Assembly (NCBI GenBank): GCA_043803405.1
Contig: JAZDKB010000004.1
Location: 96,001-160,000 of the forward strand
DNA: 64,000 nt
Direction of reading: 5' to 3'
DNA from: Spirochaetota bacterium
Lineage (GTDB): Bacteria; Spirochaetota; UBA4802; JAFGDQ01
The position numbers and the translations under genes are program-made. Each line of letters begins with the position of its first letter. Position 1 is the stretch's first letter. This document shows, one piece after another, positions 40,941-51,047 of this stretch. A model generated the notes under the pieces. It was not told where the DNA came from, did no database searches, and saw only the letters and a program-made list of their open reading frames with translations.

Positions 40941-41879
40941 ATGGCAATAGTGACAATAAAAAAATATTTAGTTTTATTCGTAAAAATATTATCCCTGATT
41001 TTTATTTTACCTTCCGCTTTTTCTTTTGCCGAATTAACGCAACCGGATTTTATTATTAAACAAAAAAAATTTATTCATGAATTATATCAAAGCAAAAGAT
41101 ATTTCGATTGTATTGCAGAAACACAAAGGTTACTGGCATACGGAGATAATATTAAAAACAAAAATAAATATATATATTTTATGGAAGCATGTTATTATCT
41201 TGGCGGGCAATATAAGACGGTAATTTCCGGATTAGAGAATGCAAATAGCATTCGCAAGGATAAACCGGAACCGGCAAATATATTTCTACTTTCACATTCG
41301 TATCTGAATATCGGTTATTACCGGTTAAGCAAAGAAATATTAGATAAACTGGAGTATGTTGAATTAAAGAAAGATGAGCAAACTAAATTGTTTGTAAACC
41401 GGACTGAATTGCTTATTAAAAATTACGAATTCCGGGATATTTTAGCTGAGATTGAAACAGCAGATAAATATATAAACAGGTTTAATAACTCATTTGCCTT
41501 GCTGGATTTTAAAAATGATATTCAAAGATACACGGAAATCGGATTAAAGTCGAAATGGCTTTCCGCATCGCTGTCGGCATTGATGCCTGGTGCAGGGCAG
41601 GTTTATTCCGGCAAAATAATTGATGGGGTGTTAAGTTTTACTGCTGTTGTCGGATCGGCCGCCGGAGCATTTTATTTTAATCATAAGAAAGAAAAAGCAT
41701 TGGCAATAACCTTTTCGTTTTTTACCTGCCTCTTTTATGCGGGGAATCTGTATGGCGCCTATAACTCGGCGGAGAATGCAAACGGGATTTTAAATGAACG
41801 TTTTGCAGACAGTATTAATAAAAAATATGATTTGTATTATAATCCGGGAGAATATATTGATATGGAAATGTTCAGGTAA
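40941..41879 (+). CDS. TPR-like exported/membrane protein with C-terminal PG.GQ.Y TM motif
   Basis: Signal peptide, helical repeats, then SALMPGAGQVYSG and two TM segments. Confidence 0.6.
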   Translation: MAIVTIKKYLVLFVKILSLIFILPSAFSFAELTQPDFIIKQKKFIHELYQSKRYFDCIAETQRLLAYGDNIKNKNKYIYFMEACYYLGGQYKTVISGLENANSIRKDKPEPANIFLLSHSYLNIGYYRLSKEILDKLEYVELKKDEQTKLFVNRTELLIKNYEFRDILAEIETADKYINRFNNSFALLDFKNDIQRYTEIGLKSKWLSASLSALMPGAGQVYSGKIIDGVLSFTAVVGSAAGAFYFNHKKEKALAITFSFFTCLFYAGNLYGAYNSAENANGILNERFADSINKKYDLYYNPGEYIDMEMFR

Positions 41880-42736
41880 TGTTTTTTAAAATAATTAATA
41901 TTAGTGTGTTATTAATATTTTTATTAAATACAAAAATTATTGCATCCGAAAATGAATTAATCAGACTCGCTCAGACATTTAACCGTAATGGCGAATATTA
42001 CAATGCAATTACCGAAACAATGCGATATCAATATCTGTATCCGAACGGGGTATATTATCCTCTTAGTATGCTGATACAAAGCGAAGCATTTTATAAAGGA
42101 GGGAACTACAGCAAAGCAATATACACTCTTTCGGAATGTCACGAAAAATTTAAAAATACCCCTGAGGGCGAAAAAGCATTTTATAAAACCGGCTACATTC
42201 AGCTAGCTATCGGAAATCCACATCTGGCATTTCGAAAATTTCAGGAATATAATTATTTATATAAAGACGGAAGCTACATAGAAGACATTTCCCGCGATTT
42301 ATGCTATACATTGGCGCTTATGAAAGATATGAAAGAAGCGAAAAGTTTAATCGGGCAGTACGAAGAAACTTACTCCGGGGGGAAATATCTCCAGGAGATA
42401 AAGGATCTGCAATTACTTATAGACGAAGAGATTAACAGGCCGAAAAAAAGCGTCTGGGTGTCCGTGCTCGGATCAATTGCTCTACCAGGCTTCGGACATT
42501 TTTATACGGGTCAATATTATACCGGAATGTTATCCCTGGTCTCCAACGCTGTTTTAATATATCTTTTTTATGACGGATACAGAGACCGGAATAAACTAAG
42601 AATGATACTTTTCGGGGTGACTGAATTTTCATTTTATCAATATTCCCTGTATTCGGCAGTAAGAAATGTTTATGAATATAACAGCAGCGAAAATTTTTAC
42701 AAATCGGTTCAGCTGAGCGCGGAAAAGGAATTTTAA
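41879..42736 (+). CDS. TPR-like exported/membrane protein, paralog of the upstream gene
   Basis: BamD-like TPR helices, SIALPGFGHFYTG and TMs; TAATG stop/start overlap. Confidence 0.6.
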   Translation: MFFKIINISVLLIFLLNTKIIASENELIRLAQTFNRNGEYYNAITETMRYQYLYPNGVYYPLSMLIQSEAFYKGGNYSKAIYTLSECHEKFKNTPEGEKAFYKTGYIQLAIGNPHLAFRKFQEYNYLYKDGSYIEDISRDLCYTLALMKDMKEAKSLIGQYEETYSGGKYLQEIKDLQLLIDEEINRPKKSVWVSVLGSIALPGFGHFYTGQYYTGMLSLVSNAVLIYLFYDGYRDRNKLRMILFGVTEFSFYQYSLYSAVRNVYEYNSSENFYKSVQLSAEKEF

Positions 42737-42737
42737 A

Positions 42738-43379
42738 ATGGATAATCTTGAATTAAAAAAAGGCCTGGATTCAATAGTACTTGAAAAGGCCGACTTTTTA
42801 TTAATTGAAAAACTGATAAAGGAAGAGAAGGATCTTGAAGCAGTTGCCAATATTATCCTGGAAGGAGCTTATAAAAGTTTTGATATTTTAAAAAAAGATT
42901 CTATCGAGAGATTTCTGGATTTCGTAATAATAAAGGTCAGAACAGGCAGCTATCATATTCCTTCACTGGCATTCCCTACGCGCAGAATGTCCGATAAACA
43001 ACTGGAAGAAAAAATTATTAAACTGATAAATATTTATTTGAATCCGGAAATAATTTTCCCGATGCTTAAATATTTTGCCAGAAATATTAAGGATTCGGAC
43101 AAGAATTTATACCTTGCTTATTTAATAAATTCGGATGATATTATTAAAGCAATATTCGATACTTTTTTGCTCTTTAAAAAAGATATTTATATTGCAGATG
43201 TAAAAAAGAGGACTTTAAATGTAAAAAAGATTCAGCAGTTTCCTCCGACTGTTGATCCGGGCGTTTCATCCCCGCTGGATACTTGTTGCAGGTTTAAATA
43301 TATTCTGGAGTTTATTGCATTAAAGCAAAATGTGGAGCATATCTATACTTCGGAGCAAATTAAAGTCGGCAATAAATAA
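42738..43379 (+). CDS. Hypothetical protein
   Basis: 213-aa ORF tightly packed in the operon; no recognisable motif. Confidence 0.55.
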   Translation: MDNLELKKGLDSIVLEKADFLLIEKLIKEEKDLEAVANIILEGAYKSFDILKKDSIERFLDFVIIKVRTGSYHIPSLAFPTRRMSDKQLEEKIIKLINIYLNPEIIFPMLKYFARNIKDSDKNLYLAYLINSDDIIKAIFDTFLLFKKDIYIADVKKRTLNVKKIQQFPPTVDPGVSSPLDTCCRFKYILEFIALKQNVEHIYTSEQIKVGNK

Positions 43380-43381
43380 GC

Positions 43382-44032
43382 ATGAATTTAATAGTTAATG
43401 AAATATTTTACTCTATACAGGGAGAAACCAGCAGAGCAGGTTTTCCCAGCCTCTTTATAAGAATGGCAGGGTGTAATTTGCAATGCCCATACTGCGACAC
43501 TGTTTATGCGCGGTCGCTGTCATCAGGTAAAGAAATGCCGGTTGAAGATATAATAGAAAAAGCAAAGACATATAGGTATTTCGATCACATTACTATTACA
43601 GGCGGCGAGCCTTTAATGCAGCCCGAATCAATCCGTCTCATGCAAATGCTTCTCTGGACGGGATTCGATGTTCAACTGGAAACAAACGGAAGTATATCGT
43701 TAAAAGACGTGCCGGGAAAGGTAAGGAAGATCGCGGACGTAAAGACTCCGTCCAGCGGACATCCATCATCCTTTCTTATGGAAAATTTAAAATATTTGCA
43801 AAAGCCGGATGAATTAAAATTTGTTATATTAGATACACAAGATTATAATTTTTCAGTTGAATTCATTAAGAATAATTGTAAAGATAAAGATATTGTTATA
43901 AATTTTTCACCTGTTTTCGGATCATTCCCGGGGCATAAGCTTGCTGAGTTAATTCTAGTTGACAGGCTTCCTGTCAGGTTGAATCTTCAGCTTCATAAAA
44001 TTCTTTGGGCCGACGAGCCGAAAACAAATTAG
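43382..44032 (+). CDS. queE: 7-carboxy-7-deazaguanine synthase (radical SAM)
   Basis: EIFYSIQGE, R.AGCNLQCPYCDT, TGGEPL, ETNG and QLHK. Confidence 0.9.
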   Translation: MNLIVNEIFYSIQGETSRAGFPSLFIRMAGCNLQCPYCDTVYARSLSSGKEMPVEDIIEKAKTYRYFDHITITGGEPLMQPESIRLMQMLLWTGFDVQLETNGSISLKDVPGKVRKIADVKTPSSGHPSSFLMENLKYLQKPDELKFVILDTQDYNFSVEFIKNNCKDKDIVINFSPVFGSFPGHKLAELILVDRLPVRLNLQLHKILWADEPKTN

Positions 44033-44045
44033 GAGATAATGCTTT

Positions 44046-44924
44046 ATGGATTATATAGGATCAATATACCGTCCGCCAAGCGAAGCGTACAGCATGATTA
44101 TACAGGCCGCTGTCGGATGTTCTCATAACCAATGCACATTCTGCAGTTCTTTTAAAGCAAAAAAGTTTTTCATTAAGGATATGAAAAGAATTAAAGCAGA
44201 TATTGATGAAGCGGCAATGTATAATAACAGGTTCGAAAAAGTCTTTCTTGCTGACGGAGATGTGCTTATTCTCCCTACTGCCGAACTGCTTGAGATAATG
44301 CATTACATTAAAAAGAGATGTCCGCAGGTTACCAGGATCGGGAGTTACGCGAATGTAAAAGCGATACTTAAAAAAACGCCGGCCGAGCTGAAAGAGCTGA
44401 AGGATGCCGGGCTGGGTATTGTATACCAGGGAATTGAAAGCGGCAATAAAGAAGTGCTTAAAAGAATTAAGAAGGGAGCCTTCCCTCATAAACAGAAAGA
44501 AACTGCCGATAAAATAAAAACTGCCGGGATTCTTCTTTCGCAAACAGTGATTCTGGGCATTGGCGGCGTGGAGCTAAGCCGCGAACATGCGATCGATACA
44601 GGCAAGCATTTGGGCGATATGTCGCCGAATTTTGCATCTGCGCTTACTGTTATAATCGAGCCTCAAGCTGAGCTTTATCAGCAGGTTAAGTCCGGGGAGT
44701 TTAAAATTCCGGATAAATTCGGCTTGCTAACAGAGCTTAAACTTATACTGGAGAACATGGATGTAAAGAATGACTGTTTTTTTACTTCTAATCATGCGTC
44801 CAATTATCTTCCGGTAAAAGCTTTTCTCCCAAAAGAGAAAGATGAGGTTGTTGCGCTTCTCGATAAAGTTATCAAATCAGCTGATCCCGGCATGTTAAGG
44901 CCGGAATACATGAGAGCCTTATAA
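44046..44924 (+). CDS. Radical SAM protein of unknown function
   Basis: YRPPSEA.S, GCSHNQCTFC (CxxxCxxC), FLADGD, GIESG and SNHASNYL. Confidence 0.85.
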   Translation: MDYIGSIYRPPSEAYSMIIQAAVGCSHNQCTFCSSFKAKKFFIKDMKRIKADIDEAAMYNNRFEKVFLADGDVLILPTAELLEIMHYIKKRCPQVTRIGSYANVKAILKKTPAELKELKDAGLGIVYQGIESGNKEVLKRIKKGAFPHKQKETADKIKTAGILLSQTVILGIGGVELSREHAIDTGKHLGDMSPNFASALTVIIEPQAELYQQVKSGEFKIPDKFGLLTELKLILENMDVKNDCFFTSNHASNYLPVKAFLPKEKDEVVALLDKVIKSADPGMLRPEYMRAL

Positions 44925-45090
44925 TTGATTCAAAGAAGAGTCTTTTCACTAGATAATATCCTTCTAACTTATTATTATAGGGTAATGTTTAAGTTACTGG
45001 AATTGGTTCTAAGTAGAAAAGCGTATTATTTATTCCCCGCTTAACAGGCTGGGGATACAATTTATAATTCCAATGTCAGGGTGAAAAGAT

Positions 45091-45255
45091 ATGTCCGATA
45101 AATCAATGGAAGAAACAATAAGATTCATAAGCGCGGAATTAAATGCGAATCCGGATGCAGACAGGATAAAGTTGATTGAAAAAGCCAGCCAGGAATTCGA
45201 TCTTAATCCATTGCAGACAGATTTTTTAATGAATAAATACGTTTATAACAAATAA
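45091..45255 (+). CDS. Small hypothetical protein, 54 aa (not in the ORF track)
   Basis: MSDKSMEETIRFISAELNANPDADRIKLIEKASQEFDLNPLQTDFLMNKYVYNK*; purine-rich upstream sequence; TAATG overlap with the next gene. Confidence 0.7.
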   Translation: MSDKSMEETIRFISAELNANPDADRIKLIEKASQEFDLNPLQTDFLMNKYVYNK

Positions 45256-45587
45256 TGAATAAAAGAAAAATAATTATATTACTGGTATTTATTATCAGTC
45301 TTTCTGCGTGTCAGGATTATGACGTTACCGGAAAGATTGTTATCGAATACGATAACGCATGGACAGCAGTAATCTCGCAGAATCGTACCGAGAGCAATGT
45401 GAGCGGCAACGGCAACCGGGAATACAGCTTTACGAATCCTGATAGTTTATCAGTTACTGCCTCAAAGCAGGATGATTCTCAAAACAAACTCACAGTGTTT
45501 ATTTACGAAGATGAAAGAATAACAGCCGCAGCTTCGACAAGAGAACCGCAGGGCAGCGTAAGAGCTGAATACGAATTTCCGTATTAA
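45255..45587 (+). CDS. Small lipoprotein
   Basis: Lipobox LSA-C after a basic/hydrophobic signal peptide. Confidence 0.7.
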   Translation: MNKRKIIILLVFIISLSACQDYDVTGKIVIEYDNAWTAVISQNRTESNVSGNGNREYSFTNPDSLSVTASKQDDSQNKLTVFIYEDERITAAASTREPQGSVRAEYEFPY

Positions 45588-45670
45588 TATTTTTGTAATA
45601 TTCATGCATCTGCCGGTAAATCAAGTTTACAGATTAATCGGAAATAGATTTATTAATAAAATAATTCCTC

Positions 45671-45699
45671 TTGACATTCGTATTTTTTTCGCGTAGAAT
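45671..45699 (+). promoter_or_regulatory. Sigma70-type promoter
   Basis: TTGACA, 17 bp spacer, TAGAAT upstream of the DUF4912-like/GH57 pair. Confidence 0.6.
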
Positions 45700-45813
45700 A
45701 TTTTACTCCAGCCGACAATTTCATGTGAGTAAATCAAAAATTTTTTATTACCGGTGAGTGACCTTGTTTTTGCTTTGATCCATTCATTATAAGTTACCAA
45801 GGAGTAATACAAT

Positions 45814-46290
45814 ATGGAATTAAAAATTAAAAGAGATAAAAAGCAAAAAGAAACCAGTTATTTTATTGCACTTTTAAAAAAAAGAGACCTTATATTTCTA
45901 TCATGGAAAATCGACAATCCTAAGTGGAAAAAGCGGATTGAAATAGCGCAGACAGACCCTTCCATGAAAGAATTCCTGTTTGTTGACATAGTTTCAGTTG
46001 AGAAAAAGAAGCATAACAAAATCGACACCATACCTGTTTTCGGTCTGGAAAATAACTGGCATATTTTCGTTAAAAAGGAATATCACGGAAAACGATTAAT
46101 ATTTAATCTTTCATATCGCGATAAAAAAGGTAAATTTTCCGACTTGCTGAACTCTATTGAAATAGATATACCTCTGGCTTTGGAGGATATTGAAGCTGAT
46201 CAGACACTATTCGAAGAAAAAAGCATTTTGATGGAATTATCGGAAATAAATTCCGCCATATTATCCGGTTCGCAAAATTCGTCATGGTAA
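45814..46290 (+). CDS. DUF4912-like protein
   Basis: ..IFLSWKI, NWHI and Ser-rich end SS-W; directly upstream of GH57, where this family usually sits. Confidence 0.55.
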   Translation: MELKIKRDKKQKETSYFIALLKKRDLIFLSWKIDNPKWKKRIEIAQTDPSMKEFLFVDIVSVEKKKHNKIDTIPVFGLENNWHIFVKKEYHGKRLIFNLSYRDKKGKFSDLLNSIEIDIPLALEDIEADQTLFEEKSILMELSEINSAILSGSQNSSW

Positions 46291-46296
46291 GTTAAA

Positions 46297-47826
46297 ATGA
46301 ATGGTTCAACGCATGTTAAGGTTGTGCTCGCTCTGCATGCACATCTTCCTTATATAAGAATTCCTGATAGAAAATTCCCCTTGCAGGAATTGTGGCTTTT
46401 CCAGGCCATTACCGAAACTTATATCCCGCTTCTTCAGTGCTTTAATGAGCTAATTGAAGAGAAAATCAGCTTTAACATTACAATTTCACTAAGCCCAACT
46501 TTAATTTCAATGCTCTCGGACGAATATTATAAAAGAAAGTACCACCAATATCTGGGAATGATGCTGGAGCTTTTACGAAAAAAAAGCGCTAATTCAAACG
46601 GTGAGGAGAAGTCTTCTTTACTTTCTCTGCTTAATAACTTACAGTCCGTATCAAATTATTACATCGAAATTAAAGAGGATATTTTACGCGAACTCCGGAA
46701 ATTATCGGAAAGCGGCCATATCAATCTTATAACGACTTCCGCCACGCACGCCTTGCTACCGCTTTTCAGATTCAGCGAAGACTTTATCGGCAGCCAGATC
46801 GGCATTGGACAGGCCGTTTTTGAGAAGGCGTTTGGTTTCGTGCCCGAAGGTTTTTGGCTGCCGGAGATGGGATATTGTGCCAACCTGGATAAAATGCTTG
46901 GCCGCTTTAACATCAAATATACTTTTCTTGAAGCGCACAGCGTGTACCTTACAAAAGGCAGTCCTTCCTATGGGAATTTTTATCCTTCAATTACGGAGTC
47001 CGGTTTAAAAATATTCCCGCGGGAGCTTCATCTTTCCAATGTAATATGGTCTGCAAAGAGCGGATATCCCGGCGACCCCAGGTACCGTGAATTTCATTTC
47101 GATTATATTTACTCGCTGAGCGATACCGAGCTTAACGAGTTCGGACTGGACAGGATCCCGTTCGGCTTAAAGATTTACAAAATAACAGGCGGCGAAAAGC
47201 CTAAGGAATTTTATAATAACAGAGAAGCTGCTGAAACAGCCCGTGCGCATGCAGACGATTTTGTCGCCAGGATAAGGGAGCGTGCGGCAACTGTGCGCAG
47301 GCACATGCACAGGAATCCTGTATTTACTCTGCCTTTTGATGCCGAACTTTTCGGGCACTGGTGGTACGAGGGGCCTGTGTTTTTAAAACACGTCATTAGG
47401 AATATCGCATCATCTCCGGATATTGATCTTATTCAACCCGCTGATATTAACGGCAGTGAGCTTGATATTGTCGCGCCTGCGGAGTCTTCATGGGGACGCG
47501 GCGGATACTTTAAATCGTGGATAAACCCCGAATGCTCGTGGATATATCCGAAGCTTGCACTGCTTGACGCCCGTTACAAGAACATTATAAGCGATAAAGT
47601 TAGCGAAGCTTCCGCGCAGGCAATAAAAGAGCTGTTGCTTGCGTCATCTTCGGACTGGCCGTTCTTAATCGCAAACGAGACATCCGTAGACTACGGCAGG
47701 ATGAGGCTTGAGGACCATATCAATACTGCAAAAAAAATTCTGGACGAAATAGAAGCAGGCAATGTCGATGAGAAATTTTTACATGAAAGAGCCTCGCTTT
47801 ATCCTCTGTTCGGGCATTTGCATTAA
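46297..47826 (+). CDS. GH57 1,4-alpha-glucan branching enzyme (DUF1957)
   Basis: LHAHLPY, WLFQAITETYIPLL, GFWLPE, YREF, FDAELFGHWWYEGP, SSWG and SSDWPF. Confidence 0.92.
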   Translation: MNGSTHVKVVLALHAHLPYIRIPDRKFPLQELWLFQAITETYIPLLQCFNELIEEKISFNITISLSPTLISMLSDEYYKRKYHQYLGMMLELLRKKSANSNGEEKSSLLSLLNNLQSVSNYYIEIKEDILRELRKLSESGHINLITTSATHALLPLFRFSEDFIGSQIGIGQAVFEKAFGFVPEGFWLPEMGYCANLDKMLGRFNIKYTFLEAHSVYLTKGSPSYGNFYPSITESGLKIFPRELHLSNVIWSAKSGYPGDPRYREFHFDYIYSLSDTELNEFGLDRIPFGLKIYKITGGEKPKEFYNNREAAETARAHADDFVARIRERAATVRRHMHRNPVFTLPFDAELFGHWWYEGPVFLKHVIRNIASSPDIDLIQPADINGSELDIVAPAESSWGRGGYFKSWINPECSWIYPKLALLDARYKNIISDKVSEASAQAIKELLLASSSDWPFLIANETSVDYGRMRLEDHINTAKKILDEIEAGNVDEKFLHERASLYPLFGHLH

Positions 47827-47888
47827 AAAAAGCTGATTGATATTTTTTTAAACTTATAAAAAAGTATTATAAATATCGAAATTCGTTT

Positions 47889-49466
47889 TTACTCAATCTT
47901 GAAATTCAAAACAAGTTCTTTCAGTTTTTTTGCGGTTTCCGCGATATCCATCGAGTTGCCCGATATCTCTTCGGAGCCGGTAGCGTTCGCCTGCGTAACG
48001 TCATTAACGGACGAGATCGATCTTACCATCTCATGCGAAGCAGTCTTTTGTTCTTCTGTCGCGGATTTTATCTCTTCCGATTTATCCCTTACCTTTTTAG
48101 TCTCTTCGTTGATTACTTTATTTGCTTCGAGCTGCTTGTTCATTTGATTGCTGATATTTTCCATAAGCTCGGCAATACTATTCACGCTCTTTAATATTTT
48201 GGTAATTGTGTCTGTTGTTTTGCTTACGTTTGTCTTTCCTTCGTTTATTTCTTTGTCGTTCGATTTTATTAATACGCTTATGTTGTTTGCACTTGACGTC
48301 GTCTTTTCCGCAAGCTTCGAGATCTCGTCAGCAACAACTGCGAAGCCTTTACCCGCATTGCCGGCTCTTGCCGCTTCAATTGCGGCATTAAGCGACAGAA
48401 GATTTATCTGATCCGAAATATCATTTATTATTTTTATAATGCTGCTCATTTCGCTTGAGCTGTCGCTTATTTTAGTCATGCTGGTGCTCATCGATCCCAG
48501 ATTTTTGTTGCCTGTTTTTACGTATTCAGTGATCCCCGATGTCAGGGTGAGCATATCTGCAATGTTGTTTTTTGTCTCAACAATAATTGCTGAAAACTCT
48601 TTCATCTTTTGCATCAGGGCTTCCATGCTCTGATTCTGAAAGTCCGCGCTGTTGAAAATGCTTTCCATCCCTGCGGTGATCTCTTCCACTGTCGCGGTTA
48701 TCTCTTCGGCTGAGGCTGCCTGCGTTTGCGAGTTTTCCGAAAACAGCGACGCAGCCTTTGAAAGTTCATTTGAAGACGAAGCAAGTTCCGACGAAGTGTT
48801 CTCAATGGTTTTTAAAAGCGACACGGTGTTAGTATACTGCTCGATGCTTTTGTTCGCATTTTCAGTTGAGTGCAATAACCCGCTTTCGAATGTTTTATTA
48901 ATAATAAGTAAGATAATAAATAGGGCGATTATAGCAATAAGGGAAACAGGGAAAAATTGCTTTTCAAGAAAAGTAGCCGGATTGGAAACCAGATTATTTA
49001 TCAGGCTAATAAATTCGGCATTCGCAATTAAAAGCAAAATGCCTGCTGTGAAGTAAACCGGCTTTGAGGAGAACAGAGCAGCAATAGCGATCATTGTAAT
49101 GTTAAAGTAAACGGGAAAGGTGGCGATTCCTGCGGGATTAAAGTCCCCCGCAGAAGCAAGCATCACTGCAACTGGGGGCGCAATGATATCAAGAACAAGC
49201 ATTATTGTAATAAAATTTCCTGCGAAAACATACCGGCCTGCTTTTAATAAAGCCAGATCAGCAATAAATATTATTAATGATATTGCAGAAAATATGAAAA
49301 AAATGTTTACCTGTAAATTGGAATTGATCAGAGATACGACTGAGAAACTTACTGCTGCAACAATTAATAATAAGTTCAGATATAATAAAAAGAATGCTTT
49401 CTGCTTAATTACGTAGGAGGTGTTATCATATCTGCCCAGAAAGAAGTTTTTCAGAATACGATTCAT
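47889..49466 (-). CDS. Methyl-accepting chemotaxis protein with a multi-TM sensor region
   Basis: [28 protein letters not shown] signalling hairpin; about 6 N-terminal TMs. Confidence 0.93.
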   Translation of the reverse strand: MNRILKNFFLGRYDNTSYVIKQKAFFLLYLNLLLIVAAVSFSVVSLINSNLQVNIFFIFSAISLIIFIADLALLKAGRYVFAGNFITIMLVLDIIAPPVAVMLASAGDFNPAGIATFPVYFNITMIAIAALFSSKPVYFTAGILLLIANAEFISLINNLVSNPATFLEKQFFPVSLIAIIALFIILLIINKTFESGLLHSTENANKSIEQYTNTVSLLKTIENTSSELASSSNELSKAASLFSENSQTQAASAEEITATVEEITAGMESIFNSADFQNQSMEALMQKMKEFSAIIVETKNNIADMLTLTSGITEYVKTGNKNLGSMSTSMTKISDSSSEMSSIIKIINDISDQINLLSLNAAIEAARAGNAGKGFAVVADEISKLAEKTTSSANNISVLIKSNDKEINEGKTNVSKTTDTITKILKSVNSIAELMENISNQMNKQLEANKVINEETKKVRDKSEEIKSATEEQKTASHEMVRSISSVNDVTQANATGSEEISGNSMDIAETAKKLKELVLNFKIE

Positions 49467-49787
49467 ATTAGCTCCGAAATTATATTTACAATAAAACAGA
49501 TTTTTATTCTATCCTTAATTAACAGTAAAGTCAATATAAAACAGGAAAAATACATTGACAGTCAGGCTTTGAAAATATTAATATTGATGACTTTATGAAA
49601 TGCTAAGCGAGTAGAAAAGAGTTAACTGACGTATTATTTTATTCTTTCGGACGAAGAATCCCCCGGCCCGCTTCGCGATCCACCCCCTTTAATTAAAGAG
49701 GGTATAGGGGGAGCAGGAAAATTTTTTTATCAAACATTACATTAAATATATAATAGACTCGAATTCAAGTTATAAATAAACATTAGA

Positions 49788-51047
49788 ATGGCTATGAAAA
49801 ATAAAATAAAAATAAATCCTTTTAACACGGCAGGACATTTCGGGCAATTCGGCGGGAGATACGTTCCTGAAATGCTGATTCCGGCTCTCGATCAGCTGGA
49901 AAAAGTTTACCTGAAAGCAAGGAAGGATAAAGGCTTTAAAGCCGAGTTTGAAAGTGTGCTGAAGAACTATTCGGGAAGGCCGACCCCGCTTTACTTTGCG
50001 GGGAACCTTACAAAGCAACTCAAGGGAGCAAAGATATACCTGAAACAGGAAGGCCTGGGACAGACAGGTTCGCATAAAATAAATAATGCGATCGGCCAGG
50101 CGATACTGGCAAAGCGAATGGGAAAGAAGCGCGTTATTGCCGAGACAGGCGCAGGACAGCACGGGCTTGCAACCGCTACAGTAGCGGCAAAGTTCGGCTT
50201 TGAATGTGAGATATTCATGGGGCTCACAGATATTAAGCGCCAGCGTCCTAATGTATTCTGGATGGAACAGCTGGGTGCAAAGGTGACACCTGTTACCACA
50301 GGCAACATGACTCTTAAAGACGCTGTCAACGAAGCCATTCGCAACTGGATTGAAACTCTCGACAGCACACATTTTTTAATAGGCTCGGTTTTAAGCGCGC
50401 ATCCTTATCCTGTTATGGTTCGCGACTTTCAGTCCGTAATAGGCAAAGAAGCTCTTGTGCAGATAAAGCAGGCTGAGGGGAGGCTCCCTGATTACCTGGT
50501 GGCGTGTGTGGGAGGCGGCAGCAACTCGATCGGGCTATTTTATCCTTTTTTGCAGTATGATAAAGTTAAGATGATAGGCGTGGAAGCAGGAGGCCGCAGC
50601 ATGAATCCGGGCGAGCATGCAGCGCGTTTTGCAAAAGGCAGGGAGGGCATCATTGAAGGTTACAGATCGCTCTTTCTGCAGAATGAAGACGGCCAGTCGC
50701 TCGAAACGCATTCAGTTGCGGCCGGTCTCGATTACATAGGAGTGGGGCCGGAGCACGCTTACTTAAACTCGATAGGACGGGTAAATTACGTAAACGCATC
50801 CGATGCAGAGGTGCTCGATGCGCTTCGGCTGCTTATCAAAACTGAGGGCATAATACCGGCACTCGAATCATCGCACGCGCTCGCTAAGGGCATAGAGCTT
50901 GCTAAAAAATTAAGCAAAAATAAAATTATAATAATCAATGTATCAGGCAGGGGCGATAAGGATATATTCCTTATCGCCGAAGCATTGAACGATAAGGAAT
51001 GGACTTCGTTTCTTAAATCAAAAGTTGAAGAGGCAGAAAAGAAATGA
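49788..51047 (+). CDS. trpB: Tryptophan synthase beta chain
   Basis: FGGRYVPE, GSHKINN (PLP Lys), AETGAGQHG, CVGGGSN, PALESSHA and SGRGDKD. Confidence 0.97.
   Translation: MAMKNKIKINPFNTAGHFGQFGGRYVPEMLIPALDQLEKVYLKARKDKGFKAEFESVLKNYSGRPTPLYFAGNLTKQLKGAKIYLKQEGLGQTGSHKINNAIGQAILAKRMGKKRVIAETGAGQHGLATATVAAKFGFECEIFMGLTDIKRQRPNVFWMEQLGAKVTPVTTGNMTLKDAVNEAIRNWIETLDSTHFLIGSVLSAHPYPVMVRDFQSVIGKEALVQIKQAEGRLPDYLVACVGGGSNSIGLFYPFLQYDKVKMIGVEAGGRSMNPGEHAARFAKGREGIIEGYRSLFLQNEDGQSLETHSVAAGLDYIGVGPEHAYLNSIGRVNYVNASDAEVLDALRLLIKTEGIIPALESSHALAKGIELAKKLSKNKIIIINVSGRGDKDIFLIAEALNDKEWTSFLKSKVEEAEKK

Noticed and set aside
49580..49790. Trp attenuator peptide or T-box upstream of trpB
   Set aside because: Only tiny ORFs (MTL*, MKC*, MLSE*) with no Trp codons, and no T-box consensus.
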